NCBI GenBank assembly: GCA_000708835.1
Contig: DF236974.1
Location: 50,626-114,625, forward strand
DNA length: 64,000 nucleotides
Origin: Klebsormidium nitens
Taxonomy: Eukaryota > Plantae > Klebsormidiophyceae
Reading direction: 5' to 3'
Shown here piece by piece: positions 37,014 to 49,217 of this stretch. The translations under genes and the position numbers were made by a program. The notes below the pieces were generated by a model. That model saw nothing but the letters and a program-made list of their open reading frames with translations, made no database searches and was not told where the DNA came from. Position 1 is the stretch's first letter. Each line of letters opens with the position of its first letter.

Positions 37014-40000
37014 TCATATAGCGACCTCCTCTTTCGAGTCTTCGTCGCCGCCCCCCTCGGATCCGCTGTTTACAAGCAGCTTCCTCGGCAAGAAAACGCC
37101 GGCGCAGACAGCGCCAATGAATGCAAAGACGGCGGCCGTCACGAATGCAGGGACGTTGCCTCCTCCAAACAGCGCGTCCCAGGGGCCTGAGCCGACGGAG
37201 ATCACCACCTGTTGGGGGGAAATACTATTTTAGCTTCCGTAAGTGAACGAGTACTGCGGCATTTCGTTCAATGCCAACTCCTGGAAGATAACACGTTAGC
37301 ACGGACTCTTTAAGCCTTACGTTGCGGTACGTGGACTGGGCTGACGAGAACGGCATGGTTACGAGAACCAGAGTACCTGATGCGTAAGTCAAGGTCACGG
37401 ATGCACTGTGCACTTTCGCGGACAACGGCACTAAGATGTCTGCTGACCAACGTAAGCAAAATCGTAGTGTGCCGTTCACGCCTGGGACAGGGGTGAGATG
37501 CAGAGGAAAGCAATGCGCTGAGGAAGTCAACATACCAGTTGTGAACCTTGATATCATCAGTTTTTCAATGTGCAATCTGACATCAGGCACACGAACGAAT
37601 GCTGTGGATCCCAGAGTGGTGATTCACTCTCCTAGTTTCGGAACCGCAACTATAGATTCAAAAGAAAAGGACGGAGTCGGGAAGAAATACAACAGCAACC
37701 TGAGGCACGACGATCGCGAGGTTGAGCACGCCCATGGCCAAGCCTGCACAGCGCGGAGTGACGTCAGAACTACCAGCTGCGAAATAGGAATTTCAAAGTC
37801 ATCGCTGTATTCCCCCAATGATTCGTTCCCTATCTAATTTTGAAGATTGTGGCTGTCTCAAATCGGTGGGTACACGTATGCAGTTTTGACAGCTTTTCCA
37901 GCTTTGCTACCTCAGTCCATCCACGTTGCAGCAGACTTCAAGGTGCCGCAGCGTGGAAAAACAAACGTCGACTCAGCGGCCCTGCCAAACGACCGCAGGG
38001 GTTCAGAGCAAAAAGTTTGCTGCCAACAGGTGGAACGAAGCTGAGGAAGGGGAGCTTCCTGCGTCAACAACTTTGTCCAGAAAAGATGGCGATAACAAGC
38101 GTCTCACCTTGTCCACCGCTGCTGTTGTCGTCATGGGCCGTCAGCACAGCCGTCAGCGAGTAAGGGACACTGTACGTGATCTGCAAACGAGGTGAAGTGA
38201 TTTGTCAGGGCAGCAATGAGGACCGTTAACCGAGACACGGTGTTCGACTGTGAGGCGGTTTGGTTGCCGCTCGCGAATTTACATGCGGCAGGTTGGATCA
38301 AAATTGAAGCTGCTCGGAGATTTGTGATGCGTGTATGAGGTTGCAACTGCCTCTCTTCGAGACACTCAAGATGTCCCCGAGCACGTGTATCAAAGTTTCA
38401 ATGAAGAGTACACATACGAAAGACGTCTTCGGAGTTGAGCGAGACTCGCCGTTTCATTGGTACCAGCCCACATCACCAAATGACTCACCTGCTGGGGTTG
38501 TTTCGTAAGGCTTTCGGTCCAGCAATGAAAGATCAAAACATGGGGGTTGGAAAAGGGCAGCGAAGAACTGTCGTGACGTCACTCACCGCAAGAGGTATCC
38601 CTAGAAGGGCGAACATGGCCACGGCCGCATACCGGACGCTGTCGCTCGGGAGAAGGATCTCGCCGTGGGGGCCCACGTGGGGCGACAGGTACGCCGCGTG
38701 CGAGATGACGTAGCTGGAGCCCAGGCAGGCCGCCATGATGACGTTGCCGCCGGCCCATACCCACTTGGAGCCGAACTTGGTGCACAGCGGGTCGATCTGG
38801 CGGATAAGAGAAGGGATTTCAGTACTCGGTGCGCTGGGAACTGAGTCGCAGCTTTGCCGAGCGCTTTGATGTAAACAAAGTAAACTCGACGTCCCATTGG
38901 AAGCGCATCTCCCACTTTATCGCACCAAGGAGGAAGTTGTCCTATACGGAGGAGCACCACGAGGATAGATTTCAAGGATCATCTATTGTTTGTCGATGAA
39001 GGAAAGCCTAGAGCCATCCTCCCTCTTTTCAGCAGCATAACGTCTCAGCCAATACGCAGGCCGTAAGCAGGCTTTTAGAAGCACCAGCATTCAACCAGTG
39101 ACTAAGTCGGACAGCAACTGCGCGGCCAACTGGCAAGCAGCGTTATCTCACCAGCAGACTAGTAATCCCCTGGACGATGGAGTTGAGCAGCAGGCCGAGC
39201 GCGCCGGTCCGGACCCCCAGTTGGTAGAGCGTGGCAGCGGCCGGGGACTCCCCCCGGGGGGCGCCGTGGTAAACCTCCCGGCCGACCCAGTCGGTGTCGA
39301 ACAGGAAAAACGGGAACCAGGCAAGCCAGGTGAAGGCCATGACCACCATCACCAACTTCATTTGCACTGCAAGGAAAACAGAGTAGGAGTTGCGTTATGT
39401 ATTTGACTGGCATAAGCGTTCTACTAAGCGTTGGGTTTGGATGTATGATTCTTGAAGACGGGAATGGGAAGTCAGGGCGAGCCAGAGGAAGGCCATGACG
39501 ACCGTCACCAACTTCATTTGCACTGCACGGAAAACGGAGTTGGGTTATGGGTTATGGGTTATGTATTTGACTGTGTTGGTTTGGGTTTGGACAGTTGGGT
39601 ATGGGTTACCAACTCGTGAGGAACAAGCAGAGAGATCAGGCGGGCCAGGTGAAGGCTGACCAACATCACCAACTTCATTTGCACTGCAAACATCATCTCA
39701 ACAAATCACCATCAACTCAAAAAATCAGGTTGGTTGTAAAATGATCCCAACTGGGAGTAACTTCGACCTGGATTGGAGTGTCAGGTTTACTCCTGAGAGA
39801 AAGATGGAAGAACAGGGAAGCTGTGTGAAGGCCCATGACCACCATCAAGAGATGCATTCGGACCGCAGGGGAGACGAGGGCGGGTTACAGAATGAAGTAA
39901 CGTGGGACCACGTACACTGGCTAAAAGAAGGATACCCCAGGCATCCGGATACAAGGCCATAACGAGCGACACAGATTTCTTTTCAGATGACGAGGCTGCC

Positions 40001-43000
40001 AACGTCAATCAAGAAGCTCGTTCCCGTCTCAATCTCATTTGAGATTCACAAATTTGTCCACTGCCACGGCTCGTGCCACGGCTCGTTGAGTTTGCATAGA
40101 CTCTGGCCTTACGAGTACTTGAAACATTTGAGAACTTGGAAATTTGAGAACTCATGCACTCTACATCAAATCTCGACATAGTTCGAGATCTGCCAAGACG
40201 AGGGCCGTCGATTCTCGGACTCAACTATTGATTGCTACTGCTTCGGCAATCCCCTTCTTCAAGGGAAGAATTTGAGTCAGTAATCTGTGATCCAAGGCGG
40301 GTAGGTCTCCTGCAATCCTCCAGCTGTCGAAGACTCGGTGTCAGGAAGCGGGCGAGTCTGACCTGAGAGACTCCATAGGCCCATGTTGATCTCCTTGAAG
40401 ATTTGCACCAGCGGGGCAAACACTCGGCTGCAGCCACGTGTCACCTTCTTCTTGGTCGCCTTGGCCGCCTTGGTGACCGCATTGCTCGTCACGACTGCAG
40501 CCGTCGTAATCGCCTCTCCTGAAACGTTAGAAGCGAACGTACTCACTCTGTGCTCATGTTATAAGAAAGACGAAGATACGGGGCCGCACTGCAATTTCAT
40601 CTTGTCTGAGTTGATTGTCAGTACTTGCTGCCGAATCGATCTCAGTACGGGCCCTCTAACAATGAGACGCCCATTGAAACACTCAAAACAAGAGCCTGAA
40701 CTATCAAGAGATTGAACTTCCTTGAGTGCAAAAGTGTTTCAAGATTCATCTTCTCTTAGACATCATTCTCATCAGTGATCCAATGAGTGGAGTCTCGTCA
40801 GCCGCCCTGACCAGCACAACTCCTCTACCGGCACAAAACCACCAGTTGAATCCAATTCAACCAAACCACGCACCCGTTGCAGTCGCCGCCGTAGTAATTG
40901 CTTCTCCGGTCGCCTGTGCTGCCGACGCGATCGCCTCCCCCGTTACCTCCGCGACCTGCGCTGCTCCATCCAGTGCCATCCCCAAAACAGTCTTCTCTTC
41001 CTCCGGTTGCTCCACGGCCGGGGGGGGCGGTCTCAGTTGGGGACGGCGGCGCGGGTTCGGTGCGTGGGCGGATCGCGGGGGAGACCGACTTGCTGCGCTG
41101 GAGAACCGCGATGATGGCTTCCTGGCGGCTGGAGTCTTGGCGGGAGAGGGACGGTTGGCGCCTGCAGGAGAGAAGATTTTTCGGGTCTGAAGATAGCACG
41201 TTTGAGATGCAAGAGATATGTTACTTCAGGAGTAGAAGTGTCGTTATTTGAGACGGGCAGATATGGGGAGTTTGAGGAGGGTCGATGTGCGAAGCGGTTT
41301 TGAATGTGAGCGTCTTTTGTAGTCTCGATGGCAAACTCAGAAGCCTTGTGATCCATCGTCCCTGACAACTAGAGGACTCCGGAGGTTGCTTGTACACCAC
41401 AGTGAGACGGAGCCCGACGAGGAGGCAAGCAGGACGCATGCAAATGACGCACCAGGAATCCCGTTGCAAATTCAACAGAACACCAGTTGAGACGCATCCC
41501 CGCTTCATGCATTAAGTTCGCTTTTCAGGAGAAAGCGCACTCAGCGACACGCACGGGCTACTTGACGAACAGTGCCTTCAGAGAAAGCGAGCACTCCTAA
41601 TCAAAATCTATCGAAACCCTTCCCTCCAAACGTTACCTTCTCAGAACAACCTGCTTAAGCAGACGAAGACGATAGGAAAGAGCAATTGGAAGCCTGTGCC
41701 CATTACCTGTGGTGAGTTAGGTAGTCCATGGAGCCGTAGAACTCGGGCCCTCCTGACCCGATCCTGTACAGCAGGTCCGAGCGGCGCGCGCGCTTGTACC
41801 CTGGGCTGCGCAGGCTGGACTGGCTGGCCAGCAGTGGCGTCTGGGCGTCCACGGAGAAACGGCGACCGGTGCTGGCACGATGAGGGAAACAGATGACGCG
41901 GTTAGTCGGCAGCTGGTGTCTCATCTCGGAGACTGGAATGCCGAACGGGAATGGACCGATTTTGGACAAGTGACCGAGTTTTGATTGGTCGTTTTTGACG
42001 GGTCCCAGAGGTTAATGCCGTGCAGAACTTTGGTATTCCAGTTGGACGTGCCGCTTACCGGCTGTCATTGACGTCGCCACGTCGGCGTTGCACAGAGACC
42101 CGTAAGGTCTAGTCTACGTCAACTTCGCAGTCAAATCACAAGTCAGAGTACCCGGAATCCACTCCATCTGCCCCAGCGCACTAGACGCTTTGTAATGCTC
42201 TGCATTCCCGCTCGAGGAACTCGTGTTTGTTTAAGCGGCTTTACCATGCGGGCAACAAAGAGACGATGAAGCAACCTCAGCATTTCCCTTCGGCGCTCGT
42301 CTTGTCAACTCACCTAGGAGCCGGTAGCTGGTCAGGCAGGTCCACTCGGGGCGCACTCCGAGACCGGGGCATGCCGAGGGCCCCTGCATCGGGCACGTCC
42401 GAGCCGGCTTGGTCTATGGTCACCCGCTTCCGCTTCTTGTCATCCCCGTCAGCAGAGGCGGCGAGGTCGGCCTTCAAGGAAGACTTCCGCCCGGTGAGAG
42501 CGGGTGGCTCGTAGAGGGGCCTCCGCGGTCTGTGAGTGAAAGCAGATTAGAAGTCAAGTGTCCGCCCGTTCTCCACGGATTCATTGAGGAAAGGTATCGA
42601 AGTGCCACTCCAGACAGATGTTGAACCAGAGTCTTTGCCACATGCCGAGAACCACGAATGAGTCCAAGCTGAGCAGGGTCTCGAACTCCGCCTGGCATGC
42701 TCCACTCTGATCGTGCAACCTCGCCAAGATTGACATCAAACGGAAGACTTAAGACATTAACCAAGCCAAAATTCGCATTCTTACGGTCGCCTGTACCAGG
42801 GATAAATGCATTCCAGAGGATACTAACACGTATCGATGGCGGCCCTTGAGACGTCCTTTACAGGATCTTTGTAAGAGGTTTGGCTCACCTGTCCTCGTCG
42901 AGCAGCGGCATTTGCACCTTGGACAGCCAGTCCTCCTCCTCCTCCTCGTCCTCGAGCACGAGCTGCTGCTCGGGGGCCGACAGCATCGTGATGGTCGAGC

Positions 43001-45608
43001 ATACCAGCAGGAAGAGCAGCGCCAGCAGGAAGGCCGACTGCAAAACCGACGAGAATTCGAAGTCACAATCTGGTGATCACTATCGAATGTCCCCTATCGA
43101 TGGCAGAATCTAGAGGGTCAGGAGTCATTGATGGGTTTCTGCTATCAGCAACCGACGTGGACTGCAAAGGCGATAAGCTTAGATTCCAGCTGTATCTACC
43201 GATTTGACTATCGAATGCAAACCAAGATGGCGGCAATTTCAGAGCTAGTGATCGACGATCAAAGTCTGGCGATGGCTGCCTCAGACCCAGGGCAAGCTAG
43301 CATCGCCGAACTTATGGCCAGGTGAAAGCAGAATGCTCGACAAGCAACGGCTGTAAGTCTCGTCGATAGTTAACGAAGGGAGGAGGAGGTATTCAGGCTT
43401 CCCACCTTGAGGTTTGCACATGGGCCGCTGCAAGCGGGGCTGAAGATAATGGCCCTTGGTAGCAAGCGCGATGCCATGCCGCTCGCCCCCGTTGAGTATC
43501 CCAGGACGTTGCCCACCGCCATCCACATGGAAAAAAAGGCGTTCCCAGCATTGCGCTGGCTTTCGGAGGCGAGGTCGGCAACGAGTGCGCGGCAGGGGCC
43601 CTGGAGCGTGTTGTTGGCCAGGTCCAGCATCCAGAAACCTGGGGGTTAGCGGAAGGGTTTATGTCGTGGTTGGGTTTGGTTTGTAGGTTGTCTGCTGGCG
43701 TGGTGACAGTGGACCGATGCTGATGAGATGGAATTGCCGGTATGCACAGGCGCGAAGGCTGAGCGCTTGCAGCAACGATTTATTCTACAAATCATTGAGT
43801 GAGTCCAACATTGTTTGAGGGGGACAGTTTGGGCGACAGAGGCTTGGAAACACACATACAGACGGGAAAAATGTTCTGACCAATCCGTTCCACCACTCCA
43901 ATTCAATCAAGCAACGAGAAACTTGTATCAGCATGGCACTCCTCCACAGTCGGCAGAAAAACTAGACTAGGCAAGTCCCGTTTTTGTCAATCAGTTTGTG
44001 TTGGCTTACCAATAACAAAGACCAAGCATGCATATGGCTTGGCACCAGTCTTGATGAATGCCTCCCTGTCCCCCAGCTGGTAGCCAATGTCCGCACTGTA
44101 CCCAATTATCAGCATGGAGATGGTGATGAGGATTGTTCCCACGAAAATGAACGGTCGGCGGGGCCCCCACTTGCTGGTACAGCTGTCCGTCCAGACTCCG
44201 ATCATTGGCTGCACCAATAGGCCGCTGATGGGCCCGCACAGCCAGATGAAGCTGGCATAGGCGTGGGGGATCCCGAGCTCCTGAGTGAAAGAGTAGGAGA
44301 AGGGGTTGTTGGAAGAGCAAGGACAAAAAGTCTGAAAGGAACAGGAAGAGACGAAACTCTCAAAAGGAGCGTCCTGGATGATGCGCAAGCACTATGGCAG
44401 CAGCTTGGACTCGTCATATCAGGCGACTGATGGCATCGCTCAAGCGCAAAATCTTACTTAGAGACAAGGCTGCTCCACTTTGCCCCTCCTCTACTGCTGT
44501 GTCTCATCTGGATACATGGGGAAAGGGGTCCAGTACTTGTTGTGAGTGCATACGGCATAGTGAAGATCCGCACCTGTACGTATGGTGTGAGTAGGCTGAG
44601 CTGCAAGGCCCACCCAAACTGAACCCCTCCCGCGATGATGCTGACGAGAGCAAGCCGTGCCTGTAAGAAGTTGGCAAATGAATCTCAATCGGCCTTTTGT
44701 TGATCAGGAAAAACAGAGATGGCCTTGGAATTGTGTTGTGGAAGAGCTGCCACAGCAGAATCGTCCAGGCAGACGCGCAGTGCTGGCGGCGCCCTTGAGA
44801 AGAGCAGCAACCTATGACGACTGTGATTGAGTAGCTTTCGTCCGTCACATCAGATCTAGACTTTGCTTTTACAGACTGGAGTGTACATCATTTCGCGTGC
44901 AAGTGTGGCTGTTTCGAGCTTGATGTGTTGCTAGATACGATGAAGCAACGCAGCAGATCACTGAAGAATAATAATTCTTTACACAGATCTGCCTGGATTG
45001 CTGGAAGCATCCAATCTTGCGATCCTGTGGCAAACTTCCCTTGTGTAGAATAAACAATCTCCATCTCGAAACCCATCAAAGTAGTCTGACATCTTGCGAC
45101 ATGGGGCAAACGGACAAGAAGATTGAGAGAAGATTTTCTTCTTGATGAGTGCAGGGTTCTGCACTTTGACAATGAAAAACTTGAGGCAGGGTGCGGTGCA
45201 AGAAAGTGGACCTGATCTAACTCACAGCTTCTCCAATCAGGTGCTTTCTGACATTGAAAAATCAGCAATCAAAAAATTGTGGTTTGTAGCTTGCCAGCCG
45301 CAGCAGGCTCTGACTCGGTGGACTCGCACCGCTTCTCATTCAGCTTTTTGAATTCGACACTTTTGTCATTGCTCATATTGCCCTCTAGGCGTCCTACCGA
45401 CTAAGATCTGCAACCACAGGGCAGCCGAATATGGAATCTTGGACGGGCTCAAAGTGGAATATCATCTCACCGTGCTGAGCTTCCTGTCTTCCTCTTCCTG
45501 TTCCTCATCTCCATCTTCAGCATTCTCGTTTTCATCTTCATTCAGCAATTTCTCTTCATCTTCCTCCGGAATGGTGCTCGTCGGCAACTCAGTTCCCGCA
45601 GGAGCCAT
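37014..45608 (-). CDS. SUT: SUT/SUC sucrose:H+ symporter (GPH family) with very large central loop, 14 exons; apparent +1 frameshift at 41020-41027
   Basis: Exons 45608-45471, 44660-44574, 44280-44010, 43638-43406, 43037-42889, 42529-42314, 41871-41707, 41161-40874, 40518-40363, 39366-39152, 38796-38587, 38180-38108, 37743-37700, 37208-37014. Motifs GVQFGWALQLSLLTPYVQ, IWLCGPISGLLVQP, GFWMLDLANNTLQGPCRALVADL, WFPFFLFDTDWVGREVY, GLAMGVLNLAIVVPQ, GPWDALFGGGNVPAF. Confidence 0.93.
39481..39990 (-). repeat. Array of decayed copies of a SUT exon acceptor (exon 39366-39152)
   Basis: aggccatgaccaccatcaccaacttcatttgcactgca (real 39334) recurs at 39490 and 39652, and more decayed at ~39828 and ~39954. 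Confidence 0.88.
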
Positions 45609-46547
45609 GGCTGCTTCTCAAGATTGAACTGTTGGACGAATGCTTGAACGAGCAGCTTTGTATGGGTACCACCAAGTTGCAGGGGCAAAAGTAAGCCCAA
45701 AGTAGAGTCAAAATGCAATGCCGCTCATGTTGCAACAAGCTTGCCCATCTCTGAGTGCAGATTGTACAATTATATGTTCGTTTGGCTACCCCTCCAGTTT
45801 TCTTCTGCTTTGTGGCTAAGCTAAGTGCAATGCTGACACTATTCTTTCAGCTCATCGGATGGGAAACGTTGGAAAGGGCATGGCTGCGCGGGCAACATCG
45901 AAGTTGAACTCCGAAGCGCGTCTGCCTCATCCTGTGCAGACCTGCAAAATGACCTGCACAGTGCACACCACATGGTGCAAGTAGCAAACCTCTGAGTCTC
46001 ATGAGCCTCAGGAAGAGTCAGGAGTAGGTACCCAGCCTCAGGTCCTCTCAGGAGCCATGCCAGCTGGAGCAACTTGGACTGAATCTTCGCAAAATCAGCG
46101 CCAGGTGGTTCAACAAAGGACAGCGTGCCACGTGTTCACCAATGATGCGCCGGGTACGCCGCGCCGCGGCCGCGGTCCCCATGATTCATCGCGTGCGACG
46201 TGATTCACGTGAACAGGCTTCCCGGACTCGTTCGATCTAGTTGTCCTGAAACTGTTGGCAGCGCTAGCCATAGCTAGGGCGCCACTGGCACAAGTTCAAC
46301 GTCACATTGTGTTTCCTCGCTGGGATTTCGACAAGGCGCTCTGCTTTTTATGTTGTAGGCCCTGTGCAGTGTGGAGGTTGGAAGTTGAAGTAATAGGCGG
46401 GTAGCTTTATGTTCTGGCTGGCAAAGGGGTGGTGCAAGCTGAGGCGGGAGCATTGATTACTGATGGTTAGTCAATAAAGTTCACAAGGAAGATCCACGCA
46501 CTTTGTTCAGTTCACGTGTTTGGCCCACCACGTTCTTCAGGTTGACC

Positions 46548-48138
46548 ATGGCGCGGGCACTGCGGCAGTCGCTGCAGCTGCGCCCCATCCTCGGAGGTTC
46601 AACCGACAGCTTTTCCGCATCGCTTGGTGCAAATCACTCAGCCCCCTCAGCCTGCTTCAAACAATCACTGCTCGTCCAATCACTCGTACACAACATCCCG
46701 AATCTTCCTGCTCAGAGCACTTTCTCCTCGGCTCTCGGTGCCTCGTCGGGGAGGTTGTTGTCTAGCAAACCCCCTCTTTCTCAACCCCTGATCAGAAAAA
46801 GTGAAAGCAGTTCGAAAACGCGGGGGTGGGGTGGCAGTACCACTTCGCTGGGAGCTTTCCCAGCCGCCTCCAGCAGTGATGAGCTGGACTATGCCTCTGA
46901 TGATGAGGCGCCTTCCTCCAGTGGCTTTGAGTCTGTCTGGGATGACTCGGAGTCAGCAGCCCCTCGGCCAAAGACAGACGACTGGCGTGATATGCTGCAG
47001 GCCAAGGATAGGAAAGAACTGCGTGCGTACGCACATGCGCAGAAGGACAGTATAGGCCTCCACCATGTGAGCGCTCTGTTTCCAAGTCCTAAAGCTTGAG
47101 TGCTGCACTTCAGCAGGCTGAGTCTCTGCCAGCTGACAAGCTTTTTGGTAATGGTGCTTGAAGTATCCGTGCTTCCGCTGCTGCAAGTGGCCGCTCGAAG
47201 CTGGCTCACAACTTATAGTCCTTAACGCAATTGCGACTGCCACCACCGCATTATTTGTTACGTCTGAGTTTGAAGTGGGGTCTGACTTACAACCTTTTCA
47301 TCTGGTTGGCGGCGTTCATTGCTTGAAAGCCATCATACCGTTTGTGTTTTCACTAGGGAGCACGCTGCCCGCACATGGCTAAAATTGGTTCCAAAAACCT
47401 TTTCGCTTACCAGGACAGTATCCCCGCTATGCAGGTCGGAAAGTTTGGAATCACGGCAAATGTGGAGATTTCCCTCAGTGATGCGCTTGAAAAGAATGAA
47501 TTGATCAAGGTGAGTGGCTTTAGAGCAGAGCCTGACTTTGCAGTCTGGAGCTTCATTGCCCGCCTCATGATCACATAGAAAGAGCAGTAGCACATTACCC
47601 ATGGACCGCTGAAACGGGGACCCGTTGTCTGTTGGGCTGGTCAATTCAGTTCAATTCCATTGTTGTCTTCGTTCACTGAAAAGCCACTGTGAGACGGAGG
47701 GGGGCTTAGATTTTGCAACTTGGTCGTTGATGGACGGGGAATTAAAGGAGACCGTAATCTTCTCATCCAAAGCTTTCATTTGTTATGCAGGTCAAGGTTC
47801 TCTCAAACTCTCCAGAGGAATTGACAGAGACAGCAGCACAGTTGGAGAAGTCCCTGCGCTGTGTTTGTGCGGGACAGGTAGGGCGCGTCCTCCTGCTTTA
47901 CCGGCCGAGCAAGAGAAAACTAGAGAAGAAAAAGGCGCAAGAAGCGGCTGCTGCTGCAGCTGCGAAGCGGAGTAGCTTTGGTGGGGGCAGGGGAAGAGGG
48001 GGTGCGCGGGGCGGAAGGTCAGGCCGCGGCGGACGATCTGGAAGGTCGTCATCAAGTCGGGAGTTGGACTTCTCATCGTCCCAACGACGGGGTGGCAGCA
48101 GTTACGGAGACGCTGACGATGACAGCGGGTACTACTAG
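46548..48138 (+). CDS. Single CRM (CRS1/YhbY) domain organellar RNA-binding protein with RGG-rich tail, 3 exons
   Basis: Exons 46548-47066, 47435-47509, 47791-48138. KDRKELRAYAH...HHVGKFGIT...ALEKNELIKVKV...QVGRVLLLYRPS is the YhbY/CRM signature. Confidence 0.9.
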
Positions 48139-49217
48139 ATTCAAGAGAAGGGCTTGAAAGCTTGAACCAAGTCTGCTTGAAGGAAATCGGCAGATGTGCG
48201 ATTATCTGTGAGGATTGTTCGGAAGGTGAAAGGTAGCGAAAACGCTATGAAAGATAGGGCTCAAACCACACGGTACACATGGTAAAAGCATCGAAAGCAG
48301 TCGGATGTGATCAGACACCTTGCAGGCCACGGGAGGCCCTTGGAATCGCGTATTTACTACGGAAGACTAGGAAACTTCTCTAAGAAGCAACTGTAATGAA
48401 CCTACCCAACCGTCCATGCTTAATGGTAGGAGGTCGGATAAGAGGAACGCTTGATGCAGTCTCTCGAATCCCCTGCAAGCTTGAGCAAGCTCAGTATCCA
48501 CCGAAGTCATTGTATGCAGATGCATATTGTCAGTGCCGTTTTATTGTCAGCTAGATTGGGGGCTCAAGTTACTAATTTAGCGTGAATCATGGTCGGTCTG
48601 GGCATCATATGGCCCATGAACAAATCCTTGCCATCGAACTAATATAAGGGTGTTAAAGCATGTACGTATTATGCGCGCTGCACGCACACGCTGAAATCAT
48701 TGAACTTGCCATGGCTGATGCAATCAAAATATGCTTACAATCATAGCAATATGGACCATCTCACTCAATCCTCGCTCCTCATAAGCAACCATAGCTGTCA
48801 TTCCGCGTGGTACTACTATATACAGGGACATGTTTATTTGCTCCTTATATAATTAGTAGCTATCATTCTGCATGGTATACTACAGGCTACAGTGACATGT
48901 TCATTTGAGCGCTGTATATAGACCTAAGGCATGCATGGGCGGCCGGAATGAAGCTTCTTAAATATTGAAACGCGGTTTGATAAAGACATTGTGCACACAT
49001 GTACATGTACAAAGTGCTGGCATGGGTATACTATCCAAACGCCACATGCACGCTCATGCAAAATCCGTAAACTCGCAGCATGTCATCCTGAATCAAATGA
49101 AGCATCGGCTTAGTCGACCACAGAAACGCTTGGAGGACCGTCTCATTACTGAAGCGACCGCTATCACGCGAACCCCCGCCAACCGAACGGCCTCACAATG
49201 GCCACGAAAGGCACCGT

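Noticed and set aside
39540-39610. (GGGTTAT)n as an interstitial telomere
   Set aside because: Only 3-4 units and not the TTTAGGG/TTTTAGGG type; a local microsatellite.
43040-43400. Possible relics of the SUT 43037 acceptor (gactgcaaa, gaatgcaaacc)
   Set aside because: Matches of only 9-12 nt, indistinguishable from chance by eye.
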